Below, piece after piece: positions 1 through 60,738 of a DNA stretch of 64,000 bases. Numbering within the stretch: the first letter of the stretch is position 1; the number at the start of each line of letters is the position of its first letter. This DNA is from Eimeria praecox (Eukaryota). The stretch is from positions 2,976,001 through 3,040,000 of the forward strand of contig OY986948.1 in NCBI GenBank assembly GCA_963920595.1. The letters are read 5' to 3'. Both the position numbers and the translations under genes were made by a program. The notes below the pieces were generated by a model, which saw nothing but the letters and a program-made list of their open reading frames with translations, ran no database searches and was not told the DNA's origin.

Positions 1-4
1 TATT

Positions 5-86
5 TTGAATCTGTTAGAATTCTCTGCTGCATTTTGTTTTTGTTTCTCTCAATCTTCTTTGGGGGCTCCGCTGTCTTCAGCTACAA

Positions 87-139
<53 letters not shown>

Positions 140-221
140 CCAGCAGCAGAAGCAAACACCGATATGCCTGCTCTGCTCTTACAACAAGCTGCTAAAGAAG
201 TGCTGCATAGATTCAAGAGAG

Positions 222-258
<37 letters not shown>

Positions 259-290
259 AGCCGCACCACCAGCTCCCATTGCTGCTACTC

Positions 291-327
<37 letters not shown>

Positions 328-426
328 TGCAGCAAAGGCGACACTGAAGAGGCTTCGACTTGGGTTTGGCTTCTCACAGCAGCAGCAGTATCTGCTGCTC
401 TTTAACGTCTTGCAGTGCTGGCAGCA

Positions 427-504
<78 letters not shown>

Positions 505-737
505 GCAGCAGCAGCAGCAGCAAATCCAGATGGAGGAGACACTTGAGGTGTACATACAGCGCAATTGCATCGGGAGGCTGCCTATATCAGACTCTCTCTA
601 CTTCTCTATATCCAAGCAGCAGCGCAGCAGCAGCAGCAGCAACGACAACAACAACAGGAGCAGCAACAAGAAGAAGAACAACAGCAAATACAACAGCAAC
701 ACCAACAGCAACAACAGCAACAACAACAACACCAACA

Positions 738-779
<42 letters not shown>

Positions 780-982
780 CGGGTCCAGCTGTCGATACAG
801 CCAAATTAATTTGCTGCGACACAGCAGGAGATATCTTTGTGCTGCACGTTTGTCTTACACGATTCAAATCCCACAGAGAGAAGCTGCTGTACGTACACCG
901 CGGTGCTGCTGCTGCTGCTGCTGCAGCAGCAGCAGCAGCAACAGCAACAACAACAGGCAACCCGGTGCAGCAGCAGAAACAG

Positions 983-1022
<40 letters not shown>

Positions 1023-1096
1023 CAGGGGATAGATTGGCAGCAGCAAACATTTGGTTCCCTCAGCTCCCTTGCTTAGATCTGAACAGAACAGCAGCA

Positions 1097-1128
<32 letters not shown>

Positions 1129-1139
1129 AGCAGCAGCAA

Positions 1140-1173
<34 letters not shown>

Positions 1174-1283
1174 TAACGGCATAGAGGCACGGGCTGCAGC
1201 AGACATCAGCGGCTGCTGCTGCAGCAGCTGCTGCAGCAGCTACACCGTGGAGTTAGAGATGTGTTATAGGGCTCCACGCATCC

Positions 1284-1315
<32 letters not shown>

Positions 1316-1405
1316 CTGTCTATACACTCCAGCGGCAACTACTTGCTGCTAGCCTCTCGCGATTCGTATGTGGCGCTCTACCCTATCAGCAGAGACACCC
1401 CAGCA

Positions 1406-1443
<38 letters not shown>

Positions 1444-1522
1444 ACGCTGCAGGATGCTGCCTCTTCTGGGGCTGGCGCTGCCGCCTGCTGCTGCTTCTTC
1501 ACAACATCCACAGCAGCAGTAC

Positions 1523-1554
<32 letters not shown>

Positions 1555-1710
1555 TCTGCCGCAGCCGCTGCTGCTGTCTGCTACACCAATCCTACCTTCG
1601 ATGCCACTGCCAACTTCCCTACCTCCATATCTTGCTGCTCCTCCTATCCCCTTAGCTCAGGTGTCTCTGCAGCGTTCTTTCTTGCAGCAGCAGCAGCAGC
1701 AGCAGCAGCA

Positions 1711-1747
<37 letters not shown>

Positions 1748-1831
1748 CGCACTGGCATCCCAGCAGCGTGGGATACGCCTGTAGAATTTGTAGATTGGCT
1801 GTCAGATGCAGAAGAGCAAGGAGAAGAATAA
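5..1831 (+). CDS. 3' part of a low-complexity protein with probable WD40/beta-propeller-like segments (begins upstream of the window; end uncertain)
   Basis: 608-aa ORF starting at the window edge. The non-repeat segments LICCDTAGDIFVLHV, LSIHSSGNYLLLASRDSYVALY and AWDT resemble WD40 blades. They are separated by poly-A/Q/S tracts. Confidence 0.5.
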
Positions 1832-1855
1832 ACTAAACTGCAGCAGCAGCAGCAA

Positions 1856-1905
<50 letters not shown>

Positions 1906-2158
1906 GCAACAGCAACAGCAGCAGCAGCGGCAGAAAGAGCCGCAGCAGCTGAAACAATAGCTGCAGCAGCAATACAACTATATCAGGTGCAGCAGCAAAG
2001 GCTGCAGCACCTGCGACAGCAGCAGCAGCAGCAGCAGCAGCAAGGAGATCTGCTGCTGCTGCTGCTGCTGCTGCTGCCATTGCCCTAGCAACTGCAGCAG
2101 CAGAAGCAGCTATCTGCAGCACTGATGTGGATTGAATGTATCTTGTATTCCTTCCGCA

Positions 2159-2191
<33 letters not shown>

Positions 2192-2689
2192 GTTTGTACA
2201 GGGCAAGTAGCAGCAACAGCAGCAGCAGCTGCAGCAGCAGCAGCAGCTGCTGCTGCTGCTGCTGCTGCTGCTGCAGCTGCTGCTGCTGATTCGGCTTGTA
2301 CATGCAGAGGGAATACATTCAGGTTTATGAGTGGGGAGGTGTAGAGCTGCGGTGTCTAGACAGTTCTTTGTATCTTTTGTTTTAATGCTATGTTAACCCT
2401 AAACATACAATGAAGCAGCAGCAGCAGCAGCAGTAGCAGCAGCAGCAGCAGCTGCAGCAGCAGCAGCAACAGCAGCAGCACCTGCAGCAGCAGCAGCAGC
2501 TGCTGCTGCAGCTGCAGCAGCAGCAGCAGCAAGTTGAATCAAATACAACATACAAGAGCAGCAAAGAGAGAGAAACAGCAATAAATTAAAAAGAAAACAA
2601 TAAAAACAAAGCAGATATACTACTTTCGGGTGTATGCGCAGGTAGACAGACATCTTTGCTGCTGCTGAGAGCTTAAGACAATTAGCAAA

Positions 2690-2754
<65 letters not shown>

Positions 2755-3172
2755 TATAATTAATAATATAGAAATTCATATAATTAATAGTATAATTAAT
2801 AATATAATTAATAATATAATTAATAATATAATTAATACAATAATATAATTAATAATATAATTAATAATATAATTAATAATATAATTAATAATATTGTTGA
2901 AGATTCAACCAATAGAAAGTATAATTTGTTGAGTTGTTTGTATATTTTATTGAACAAGTTGTTTGTTTGTTTCTTTATCTTTTTAGTTCTGTTTAATAAT
3001 ATTAATAGTAATAGTAGAACAAATATTATTATGATTATTTTATTATTATATAATTATTATATGATTATTATATTATTATAATAATATATATATATATATA
3101 TAATATAGTAGAATTAATATAATAATAATTATATTACTGTTATATAATTATTACTATATTATTATATTATTA

Positions 3173-3285
<113 letters not shown>

Positions 3286-4333
3286 TTATTTATTTATTTA
3301 TTTTTTGTTTTATTTAATAATATGTTTACTAATTTTCTCTCTATTCGTTCATGAATAAACAGAAGAAGAGGAGCGGCGTCAGAGGCGAGAGAGGCTCCGA
3401 AGAAGAAGGTAGAAAACCGTAATAAATAGCGATAATACACTAATATATTATAATTTAAAGTATTTAAAACAAAGAAAAAGAATAAATTATCATTATTTAG
3501 AGAGAAAAGCCGTAAAAAAACAAACAATTCAATACTAGCTTGGGGTGTATGTACACCTCAAGATGGTGGTGTAGGTATATATTCTAACGGCTAGTTGTTT
3601 ATTATCCTCGAATATTACTTCATTTTAAATAATTTAATTAAAATAAAACAAATAAATTTATTTTATTTTTTATTCTTTCTTTTATTTTCTCCTCTTTATT
3701 TTACTCCCTCCTTCCATGCCGACAGGCCTTAGGGCCCCCCACCGCCTCCAGGGCCCCCTCTTAGTAGATTTGTGTTGATTTTGTATGAAAAATGTTGATT
3801 TTTTGTTTATATTTATATATTTAATGTATTTAATTAATCTTTTATCTACATTTTAACCTAAAAATTTCTTCTTTTCCTCACTTTCACGGCTCCTTCAACT
3901 CCCCAGAATCAGCACCACCGCATATTATAAGGGAGGAAGAGGGGGGGAGGGGGGGGGTTGAGCGCAAGTTAAGATTTTTTTCTACAATAAAACCATTTAA
4001 TATATTTATTTATTTATTTATTTGTTAAATATAAACAAATAAATCATAAAATATCTTCTAAAATGCCGCAGACAACTCCTTACTAAGGCCATAGATATCT
4101 AGCAGCAACTGCAGCAGCAGCAGCAGCACAACCAGCAGCAGCAGCAGCAGCATTAGCAGTGTTGGCTGGTGCTGCAGCAGCAGCTGCTACAGCAGCAGCA
4201 GCACCACCAGCAGCAGCAGCAGGAACACCATAAGCAGGGCCTCCAGCAGCAGCAGCAGCAGCAGCATTAGCAACAGCAACAACAACAGTAGCAGCAGTTG
4301 CAGCGTCATCCTTGCTAGCAGCAGCGCGCCCGA

Positions 4334-4364
<31 letters not shown>

Positions 4365-4367
4365 ACA

Positions 4368-4400
<33 letters not shown>

Positions 4401-4420
4401 GCAGCAGGAGGCTCTATGCC

Positions 4421-12092
<7,672 letters not shown>

Positions 12093-12249
12093 TCTAAAAC
12101 ACTTTCGGGTGTATGCACAGCTCCAAATGATGAAACCTGCAAAACATGATTTTCTCCGTATATTATTTTTGTTTTTTCCCCATTTTTTTTCTGTATTGAA
12201 AGAATAACAATATTAATTTATTTGCTAGTGAGATCACTAAAATTTAATC

Positions 12250-14655
<2,406 letters not shown>

Positions 14656-14750
14656 GTCCATAATTAATTAAAATTAAAATAATACATATTTTAATACTTT
14701 TATACTTCAAATTTATTATTAATAAACAAAACTGGACCTAATTAACTAAC

Positions 14751-14829
<79 letters not shown>

Positions 14830-15652
14830 GATGTGCATATACACCGCAGATTCAACATTTGGCTGTGTGTGTGTAGCTCATCCTAGGAGTAATAAAGAAG
14901 CATTATATTATTGTAATGAGTTTAGAGAAATATATTACTTTTATTATATTTATATCGAATAAAATAAAACAAAAATAAACACAAAATGCTGCGATAGAAG
15001 ATACAAGTTCGACAGTCGTCAATCGGCTAGCACCAGTGGAGGCGAGAAGGTAGAGAGAGCTGGTACGATATTAATGAGGGATGTTTTGTTTGTTTATATA
15101 ATAAATTATGAATTAAATGTATTTATTTTAAATAATATAATACAAAAAATAAAAAAATATTATTTTCTATACTGCTAGGCCTACAACTTGTGTTGTATAT
15201 ACTCACATACATCACACGTCGGCAGCGGCGGCGGGGGAGCGACGAGTTGCTCTGAGGAGGAAGTTGTTGTGTTTTTTTTTGTTTTTTTTAATTTAAATAA
15301 ATAAAAACATAAAATAATATATTTACTTTCTTCCTATTCATTCAATTTCTCCCTGAAAGCTGCAGAAGTCGCACATACAAGAAGATCATCATCAACACTC
15401 GACAGCATCAGGTTTTGTGTTGTTGTTGTTGAGGATTGAGGTGTACAGACACCGCAAGCTTGTACGTACCATCAGCTTTCTGTTGGTTTCAAGTATGTTC
15501 ATTTCTTTCTAAGAACTCCCCCGTCTTCTCCTCTCACCATATACTCCCCCGTATTCAAACAGACTGACAGTCGTTTTAAGAAGCTGCTCTTCTTCGTTCG
15601 CTTTGAGGTGTACGTACACCGCAGCTGTTGCTGTTTAAATTATAAGAAGAAG

Positions 15653-18855
<3,203 letters not shown>

Positions 18856-18872
18856 TTATATATAAATATTAG

Positions 18873-18937
<65 letters not shown>

Positions 18938-19116
18938 TATATTACATGTATATTTATATTTATATTTATTCTTGTCTTTAGGTTTATTTATTTGTGTATT
19001 TCTCTTAGAAACAAACAAATTAATTATTTAAAATTTTTCTTCTGTTTATTCTTCTTCTTCGTTTTCTCGCTTTTTCTTGGTTTCAACGAAGCTAAAGGAT
19101 AAACAAATATTGCTAG

Positions 19117-20100
<984 letters not shown>

Positions 20101-20961
20101 GCTATATAGATATGTATACATAGATCTACATGTACCTATAGGTTTCTATACATATAATCGCAAAATAGTTTACTACATCAACAATCAAAAAATAAAACAA
20201 AACAAAAAAATAAAAAATAAATAATAAATAAATAAAATAAAAGAGAAAAGTTAGGAAGAGACACGAAGACGATAGAAGTTGTTAGCTCTTATCTATTTGT
20301 TTATTATGAGTATAATTATATTTATATTTTATTTGTAATTATATTTATATTGATAATTATATGTTTAATTAAAATATAATTATAATACTAATTATATTTA
20401 TAACTATAATTACAATTATTATTATTTATTTTTCACTGTTTAATTTTAAATAATAATAATAATAAAACTAATTATAATAATTATAATAATTATTACAATT
20501 ATCATAATTATATTTATAAATATAATTATATTTATAATTATAATTATATTTATAATTATAATTATATACGTAATTAACTAGAATTAGATATTTGTAAGTA
20601 CAATGTGTTTAAATAAATAAATAAAATATGATTTGTTATAAAATTAAAAATGAGTTACTACAGCAGAAAAAGAGAAGAGCTGTCAATACACCCGAAGATG
20701 TTAAACTTTCAACTAAAACAAAAGATAAATATAAATATATTAATAAATTATATAAATATATAAATATATAAATAAATATATAAATAACTACATTTCAAAT
20801 ACTTTATAAATAAATCAAGTTAAATAAATAAAACATATTTATACATACAACAAACTAAATCAAAAAACTCTGTCTCTCTGTCTCTCTGTCTCTCTCTCTC
20901 TGTCTCTGTCTCTCTCTGTCTGTTTCTTCTTTCTTTCTTCTTTTTTCTGTTATTTCTCTTC

Positions 20962-39073
<18,112 letters not shown>

Positions 39074-39964
39074 TGCATGATACGAATAAAATATTGAAAA
39101 TAATAACTAAAATAAATAAAATTAAATAAAAATAACAAAATAAGAAGAAAAACAAACAAAATAAATAAAATATTTGCGGTGCATCGACAGCTAACATCGA
39201 AAAAAAAGTAGAAAATAAGAAGAAATGAACGTAAATGAGGATAATTTTTAATAAAATAACATTATAAATAATATAAAATAATAAAATAAATTAATTTAAA
39301 TAAATATATATTTATATTTTATTGTTTTAAATCATTATTTACTTCTTTCTTGTTTATTATAAACAACATAAGATTTCGGTTGTGCCTGTTGAGGCATAGC
39401 TGTATTCATTGTTTGCTGCATCATTTAAAGGCCTTTTTGTGTATAAAATAGAAAAATAAACATAAATAAACAAATAAAAGCATTATTTTATAGATATAAT
39501 GTTTTAAAAACGAAGAAAAACACACAAACAACACACGAAAACAGCCGTGTAGATAACTAGACAGCGCGTTAGTTGATGATGATGGAGAGGGAGAAGTTGC
39601 GGGTTTCAATATTGAACTCAACAATAAAAATAGTTTTAATTGTGTTTTAAATTTAAATTTAATTTATTATATTTGTTTTATATTTATTTTATTTATTTAT
39701 TTCTTATTTATTTGCATTTTTTAATATAAATTTGTACAAATATATATACACTCCATTTCACAATGGACCGTCAGCTGTACGACCACCGCCGCTTGACAAG
39801 AAAAAACTGCGAGTAAATCAATTTTTATTGTATTTAATGATGGAAATAAATATTTAATTGTATTTTATTTGTTTTTATTATTTAATTTGCACCAAAAAAA
39901 TATAAAAAACGCCGTAAATAACCCTACGTCTACACTCACACTTCGATGAATAGAACATACAGCT

Positions 39965-40040
<76 letters not shown>

Positions 40041-40168
40041 CGTATATCTATATCTATATTTATATCTATAGACAGATATATATAGATATATAGATATATA
40101 GATATATGTCTATATATCTATGTATCTATAGATCTATCAATCTATGTGTCTATCTATCTATCTATCTA

Positions 40169-40209
<41 letters not shown>

Positions 40210-40213
40210 GTAA

Positions 40214-40252
<39 letters not shown>

Positions 40253-40426
40253 CAGACACTGAAAAGTCTGTTTGTTTAATTTAATTTACATTTTAAACTT
40301 AAATATTTAAATTAAATTAATTTATTTATTTTTGTTTGTTTTATTTCTAAATTAACACAACACACATAAACACACAATTTCTCCTCTGTTTCTTCTGTCT
40401 ATTCTCTTTTTATTTGTTTGTTTAAA

Positions 40427-40511
<85 letters not shown>

Positions 40512-40638
40512 TTAGATTATTTACTATGTACAGGCTTGTTATATAAGAAGAAACTCCTGTATTAGATATTTATATTTTATTACTATATTATATATAATAT
40601 ATATTATATATATTATATATATATATATATATACACAC

Positions 40639-40694
<56 letters not shown>

Positions 40695-40815
40695 TCATAC
40701 ATAGACAGATAGGTATATAGATAGATAGATAGATAGAGAAATATGGATATAGGTATGCAGATATAGATACATATACATATAGATAGATATAGATATAGAT
40801 AGTAGTTCTATATGC

Positions 40816-40894
<79 letters not shown>

Positions 40895-41417
40895 CAGAGA
40901 GAAAGAGAGAGGGCGAGAGAGTTATCTAACTGCGTGTTTGTATTGTTATTTGTATTTGTTTATATTTATATTTTTTTGTTTATTTTAATTTTATTTATAT
41001 TATATTTATATTAAGATTAACTTTATATTAATAGTATAATTATATTATGTTTATATTATATTTATATTTATATTATATTTATACTATATTTATATTATAT
41101 TTATATTATATTTATATTATATTTATATTATATTTATATTATATTTATATGTTTATATATATTTATATTTATTTATTTGTAGAAGCGAAAGCATTTATGT
41201 TTTGTGTGTTAAGTTTATAACTTTTTCTTTCTTTGTTTAATCTTAAACTATATACAAACATATTTATTTATTTATTTATTTATTTTATTTATTTATTTAT
41301 TTGTTTATTTATTTATTTATTTATTTATTTATTTCAAGACGAAGACCTACACGCAAACGTATCTGTACATTCTTTTCTATTTTCTTAAATGTCTATGACA
41401 AATTATATATATATATA

Positions 41418-41497
<80 letters not shown>

Positions 41498-41562
41498 GCA
41501 AGATACATATGATATATATCTGTCTCTGTCTCTGCCTCTGTCGCTCTCTATATATACATCTC

Positions 41563-41650
<88 letters not shown>

Positions 41651-41697
41651 CAGAGAGAGAGAGAGAAAGAGAGGTGCCTATACACCCGAAAGAGTTT

Positions 41698-51131
<9,434 letters not shown>

Positions 51132-51278
51132 AGTTGGGGGGGAGAAGGTGCTGCTGCAGCTCCTTCAGAGCTGCAGCAGCAGCTGTACATACACCTCAAT
51201 ATCTTTCTTTCTTCTCTGACTCTTAAGAGGAGATATTCTGTATGCTGCTGCAGACGCTAACAGTAGAGAAACGTATGC

Positions 51279-51361
<83 letters not shown>

Positions 51362-51419
51362 TTGCTGCTGGTGCTGTTGCTGCTGCTGTTGCTGCTGCTG
51401 TTGCTGCTGCTGTTGCTGC

Positions 51420-51451
<32 letters not shown>

Positions 51452-52452
51452 TTTCTGCTGCTTCTGTTGGTGCTGCAGCTGCTGCAGCAGCAGCAGCAGG
51501 TTTTGCTGCTGTTCACTATTGTATGATTGTTACTGCCTTCAACTATACTAAACATCGCTGAGAATGTTGAGAGTAGATATTTTTTATTATTATTTGTTTG
51601 TTAGATAAAATAAATAAAATAAAATAAAAATAATAAAATAATAGAAAGAAATAGAGAAGAAAATAAAGAAAATTAAATACAAATAATCTTGTATGCTTCC
51701 TTCTCGATATTTTGAGGCGAAACGTGATGGAGAGTCAAATGCTAGAAACCTGCAATTAAATGCACGAAAAAAGGAAGAAAAGGTTTAAAATGAAGGGAAA
51801 TGAATATAAAAAACAAAATAAAAACATAAAAATACAAATTTAAACAATTATTTATACACAAAAGTTATATATATATTTGTAGCTATCGATGATGATGTCA
51901 AGTAGGCTGCAGCCCTGATTTGAGGTGTACGTACACCGCAAATATGTGAGGATAATCTTCGTAGTATTTTGCATATTTTTTCAATATTTTTATACATTTT
52001 CTCATTTTTAATTATAATAATATTTAAATTATATTTTAAAATACATAAAAACATTTAAAATAACAGCTGTTACAGCTCTACCACCGCCGGTCCAGCCAAC
52101 TGACCACCATAGGTAAATTGACGGATTTTCTCGGTTTTTTTTGCAGTAAATATATAAAATATTGCATATTTAATTATTTAAAATATATAAATAGAAGAAA
52201 TTAGAGAAAAAACCATGAAAAAGCGAGAAAAAAAGAACTATTAACCCTCACCTTCCACCATCACCAGGCACAGCCGACCGGGGTGTCTAGACAGCCGGAG
52301 TGTAGCTATCTCCCCTCATTATTTTTATTATATTTATAATGTTTATATTATTATGCTATTATATATTATTATATATATAATTATATTCTTCGATACATAG
52401 TATTTTAAGCTTTACAAATACCTATATATCTATCTATACATCTGTATGTGCA

Positions 52453-54002
52453 TATCTATATCTATATCTATATCTATATCTATATCTATATCTATATCTA
52501 TATCTATATCTATATCTATATCTATATCTATATCTATATCTATATCTATATCTATATCTATATCTATATCTATATCTATATCTATATCTATATCTATATC
52601 TATATCTATATCTATATCTATATCTATATCTATATCTATATCTATATCTATATCTATATCTATATCTATATCTATATCTATATCTATATCTATATCTATA
52701 TCTATATCTATATCTATATCTATATCTATATCTATATCTATATCTATATCTATATCTATATCTATATCTATATCTATATCTATATCTATATCTATATCTA
52801 TATCTATATCTATATCTATATCTATATCTATATCTATATCTATATCTATATCTATATCTATATCTATATCTATATCTATATCTATATCTATATCTATATC
52901 TATATCTATATCTATATCTATATCTATATCTATATCTATATCTATATCTATATCTATATCTATATCTATATCTATATCTATATCTATATCTATATCTATA
53001 TCTATATCTATATCTATATCTATATCTATATCTATATCTATATCTATATCTATATCTATATCTATATCTATATCTATATCTATATCTATATCTATATCTA
53101 TATCTATATCTATATCTATATATCTATATCTATATCTATATCTATATCTATATCTATATCTATATCTATATCTATATCTATATCTATATCTATATCTATA
53201 TCTATATCTATATCTATATCTATATCTATACCTATACCTATATATCTATATATCTATATATCTATATATCTATATATCTATATATCTATATATCTATATG
53301 TCTATATATCTATATATCTATATATCTATATATCTATATATCTACATATCTATATCTATATCTATATCTATATCTATATCTATATCTATATCTATATCTA
53401 TATCTATATATCTATATCTATATCTATATCTATATCTATATCTATATCTATACCTATACCTATATATCTATATATCTATATATCTATGTATCTATATATC
53501 TATATATCTATATATCTATATATCTATATATCTATATATCTATATGTCTATATATCTATATATCTATATATCTATATATCTATATCTATATCTATATCTA
53601 TATCTATATCTATATCTATATCTATATCTATATCTATATCTATATCTATATCTATATCTATATCTATATCTATATCTATATTTATATCTATATATATCTA
53701 TATATATATATATATCTACATATCTACATATCTATATATCTATATATCTATATATCTATATATCTATATATCTATATATCTATATATATCTTTATATCTA
53801 TACATCTCTATATCTCTATATATCTCTATATATCTATATATATCTATATATCTCTATATCTCTATATATCTCTATATATCTCTCTATATATCTATATATA
53901 TCTATATATCTATATATCTATATAGATATATATCTATATATAGATATATATCTATATCTATATCCATATCTATATCTATATCTATCTATCTATCTATCTA
54001 TC

Positions 54003-54085
<83 letters not shown>

Positions 54086-54100
54086 ATATATCTATATCTA

Positions 54101-54174
<74 letters not shown>

Positions 54175-54195
54175 CCTACCTATCTATCTATCTAG

Positions 54196-54263
<68 letters not shown>
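52453..54263. repeat. ~1.8-kb intergenic compound microsatellite: (ATATCT)n perfect for ~670 bp, then 8-mer, (ATCT)n and (AT)n variants
   Basis: Directly visible; source of the 609-aa and 614-aa pseudo-ORFs. Confidence 0.95.
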
Positions 54264-54268
<5 letters not shown>

Positions 54269-54429
54269 CTACTAAATTACAAACAAACTTAAATCGTATT
54301 AATTGTAAGTCTGATACAATTAAACTGCTGCTGCTGCTGCTGCAGCAGCAGTAGCAACAACCCTGCTGCTGCTGCTGTTGCAGCAATTATAGCCAAGGTC
54401 TGCCAAGGAAAGAAGAGAGGGATTAGGAT

Positions 54430-54458
54430 TTAGGGTTTAGGGTTTAGGGTTTAGGGTT
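54430..54458 (+). repeat. Short (TTTAGGG)n array downstream of the 54829 stop codon
   Basis: Directly visible. Confidence 0.9.
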
Positions 54459-54575
54459 GAATCAAACTTAATATTTTTTTGTTTTTTTTTGTTTTAAGAC
54501 TTATTTATTATTTATTTATTTATTTATTAAACTCGTTTCCTATTTCTTCTTTGTTTATTTTATTTTATGCTTCTA

Positions 54576-54623
<48 letters not shown>

Positions 54624-54639
54624 TGTCTCTGTCTCTCTG

Positions 54640-54675
<36 letters not shown>

Positions 54676-54828
54676 TTTTTTTATTTTTTTTTATTTTTCT
54701 TTCTCTCTCCCTCTCTTCCTTCTCTCTTCTCCATCTATCCCTCCCACAGGAATAAATAAATTAACTAAACAAAATAAATAAACTAAATAAACTAAATAAA
54801 ATAAATAAAATAAATAAAATAATAAACA

Positions 54829-58058
<3,230 letters not shown>

Positions 58059-58067
58059 CTCCTCTAC

Positions 58068-58102
<35 letters not shown>

Positions 58103-58111
58103 AGAATGCAG

Positions 58112-58146
<35 letters not shown>

Positions 58147-58908
58147 AAAACAATATTTGTATACCTACAACATCAGGTACAGCAAAGGCAGATACGGAAT
58201 AAACACACAAACAGAGAGGTGGGGATATCAAGAGAGAGAGAAAGAGAAGAGAAAGAAAGAATAAATAAAATAAATAAAATAAATACAATAAATAAAATAA
58301 ATAAAATAAATAAATAAAAACAACAACAACAAACAAATTGAATTTGAACGAATCGAAAAGAAGAAGAAATAGATAAATATTTGCGATAAAACATAAAAAA
58401 GTAGAAATATAAACAAATAATATAAATAAAAATAATTAATTTGTTTACAAACCAAAAAATATTAATAATTTAAATCTATCAATATATATATTTATATATT
58501 TATATATTTATATTTATATATTTATATATATATATTTATAATAATAATTGATGTTGCTTACTTGTTTGTATGAATGCGGGTTTATACAGAAGCAACAACA
58601 GCAACAACAGAAGAAGGAGATATTCTGTACGTTAAATTGTGTATATTTATATAAAAAAACACAGAATTGAATATAAATATTCAAATTAAACAAATAAATA
58701 TATAAAAATACAAATTAAATTGAAGAAAAAACAAAGAATGCCGCAGCTACTGACGCCATCAGCATGCTTATGCTCGGGTGTACATACACCTCAAGTGTTG
58801 TTATTGTTTCTTCAATTTTTTTTGTTTTTTTTCTAAATTAATATTATTTAAATATATTAATTATTATCTATTAATATATTTATTATATTTTATATTGTTT
58901 GTTGCTTA
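58059..58908. promoter_or_regulatory. Probable divergent (bidirectional) promoter region between the 58058 (-) gene and fumarase (+)
   Basis: Head-to-head gene arrangement; contains the dyad TCGGGTGTACATACACCTCA at 58774-58793. Confidence 0.5.
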
Positions 58909-59007
58909 ATGCAGCCAACAACTCCCCCTACATCTACTCCTCATGAGAGCAACACCAGCTCAACGCATCATCACTACCAGCCACAGCAGCAGCAGCAGCA
59001 ACAGCAA

Positions 59008-59064
<57 letters not shown>

Positions 59065-59187
59065 CAACAACAGCAGCAGCAGCAGGAAGAACAACATCAG
59101 GAGAGAGAGTATAGACAGGATCCCTCCTCTATTATATCTATTTCTTCTCTAAATAATAAACAAGTAGAAGAAGAACAACAAGAAGAC

Positions 59188-59909
59188 ATGATTTCATGTG
59201 TACGATGTCTTCGAGGCTGTATCGCCTCAGCAGCAGCACCAGCCTTTCTCGCTTGCAGCAGCAGAGGATTAGCTGCTGCTGCTGCTGCTACTCCTCCTCC
59301 TCCTCCTGCTGCTGCTGCTGCTGCAGCAGGAGCAGCAGCAGCAGCAGCAGCAGCAGCTGCTGCTGCTGCTGCTGCTGCTACGACTCCTCCTCCTTTTAAG
59401 TACACTCCAATATTTACTTTTAAGGGAGAACGATCTACCAAATTCCGCAGGCTTGATGATCTCAGCAAAGGTAGATAGTGTGTGATGCTGCTGCTGCTGT
59501 TGTTGCTGCTGCTGCTGTTGCTGCTGCTGTTGCTGCTGTTGCTGTTGCTGCTGCTGTTGTTGCTGTTGTTGTTGTTGTGTTGGTGGTGGTGTTGTTCTGT
59601 TGGTGGTGTTGTTGCTGTTGTTGTTGTTGTGTTGGTGGTGGTGTTGTTCTATTGGTGGTGTTGTTGCTGCTGCTGTTGCTGCTGCTGTTGCTGCTGCTGC
59701 TGTTGTTGTTGCTCCTTCTGGCTCTGCTGCTGTTGCTGTTTGTACTCCTTCCTCTGCTGCTGTTGCAGCTGCTGCAGTTGCTGCTGCTGCTGCTGCAGCA
59801 GCAGCAGTAGCAGCAGCTGCTGCTGCTGCTGCTGCAGCAGCAGCTTTTGTTTTTGTACAAAGAGCTAACCGTGTTCTTCTTATCTATCTGCTGTTTCTAT
59901 CACTCTTAC

Positions 59910-59973
<64 letters not shown>

Positions 59974-59998
59974 GTTATTATTATTATTATTATTATTA

Positions 59999-60049
<51 letters not shown>

Positions 60050-60139
60050 GTATTATTGTTATTATTATTAGTATTATTGTTATTATTATTATTATTATTG
60101 TTATTATTATTAGTATTATTGTTATTATTATTAGTATTA

Positions 60140-60223
<84 letters not shown>

Positions 60224-60238
60224 TTGTTATTATTATTA

Positions 60239-60287
<49 letters not shown>

Positions 60288-60355
60288 CTTGCTGCTGCTG
60301 CTTCTGCTTCTGCTTCTCCTGCTGCTGCTGCTGCTGCTGCTTCTCCTCCTGCTGC

Positions 60356-60411
<56 letters not shown>

Positions 60412-60670
60412 CGGTGTGTCTATCTCTAGAATTGCGTGTAGATGTATTTGATGGTCTTGGGGAGATATTGCGTGTTCCTTCTTCTGTTTTAACAAGTGTA
60501 ACAGAGAAGGCATTTATTGATGTAGTACATTTACTAAGATCTACGCATTTAAAACAATTAAATAATATATTCAAAGACAGACAAAGCTCCAAAAATGACA
60601 GAGTTGTTGCACTACAACTTATTAAAAATGCATGCATTGCTGCTGAAGGGTAGGATATATTTATATATAT

Positions 60671-60738
<68 letters not shown>

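Noticed and set aside
51223..51555. ORF MFSIVEGS... as the first exon of the IQ gene
   Set aside because: It terminates before 51131 and I found no phase-compatible splice; more likely a CAG-rich 5'UTR.
52446..54292. 609-aa and 614-aa ORFs of (IS)n/(IY)n/(YL)n
   Set aside because: These are translations of an (ATATCT)n microsatellite that lacks stop codons; there is no coding signal.
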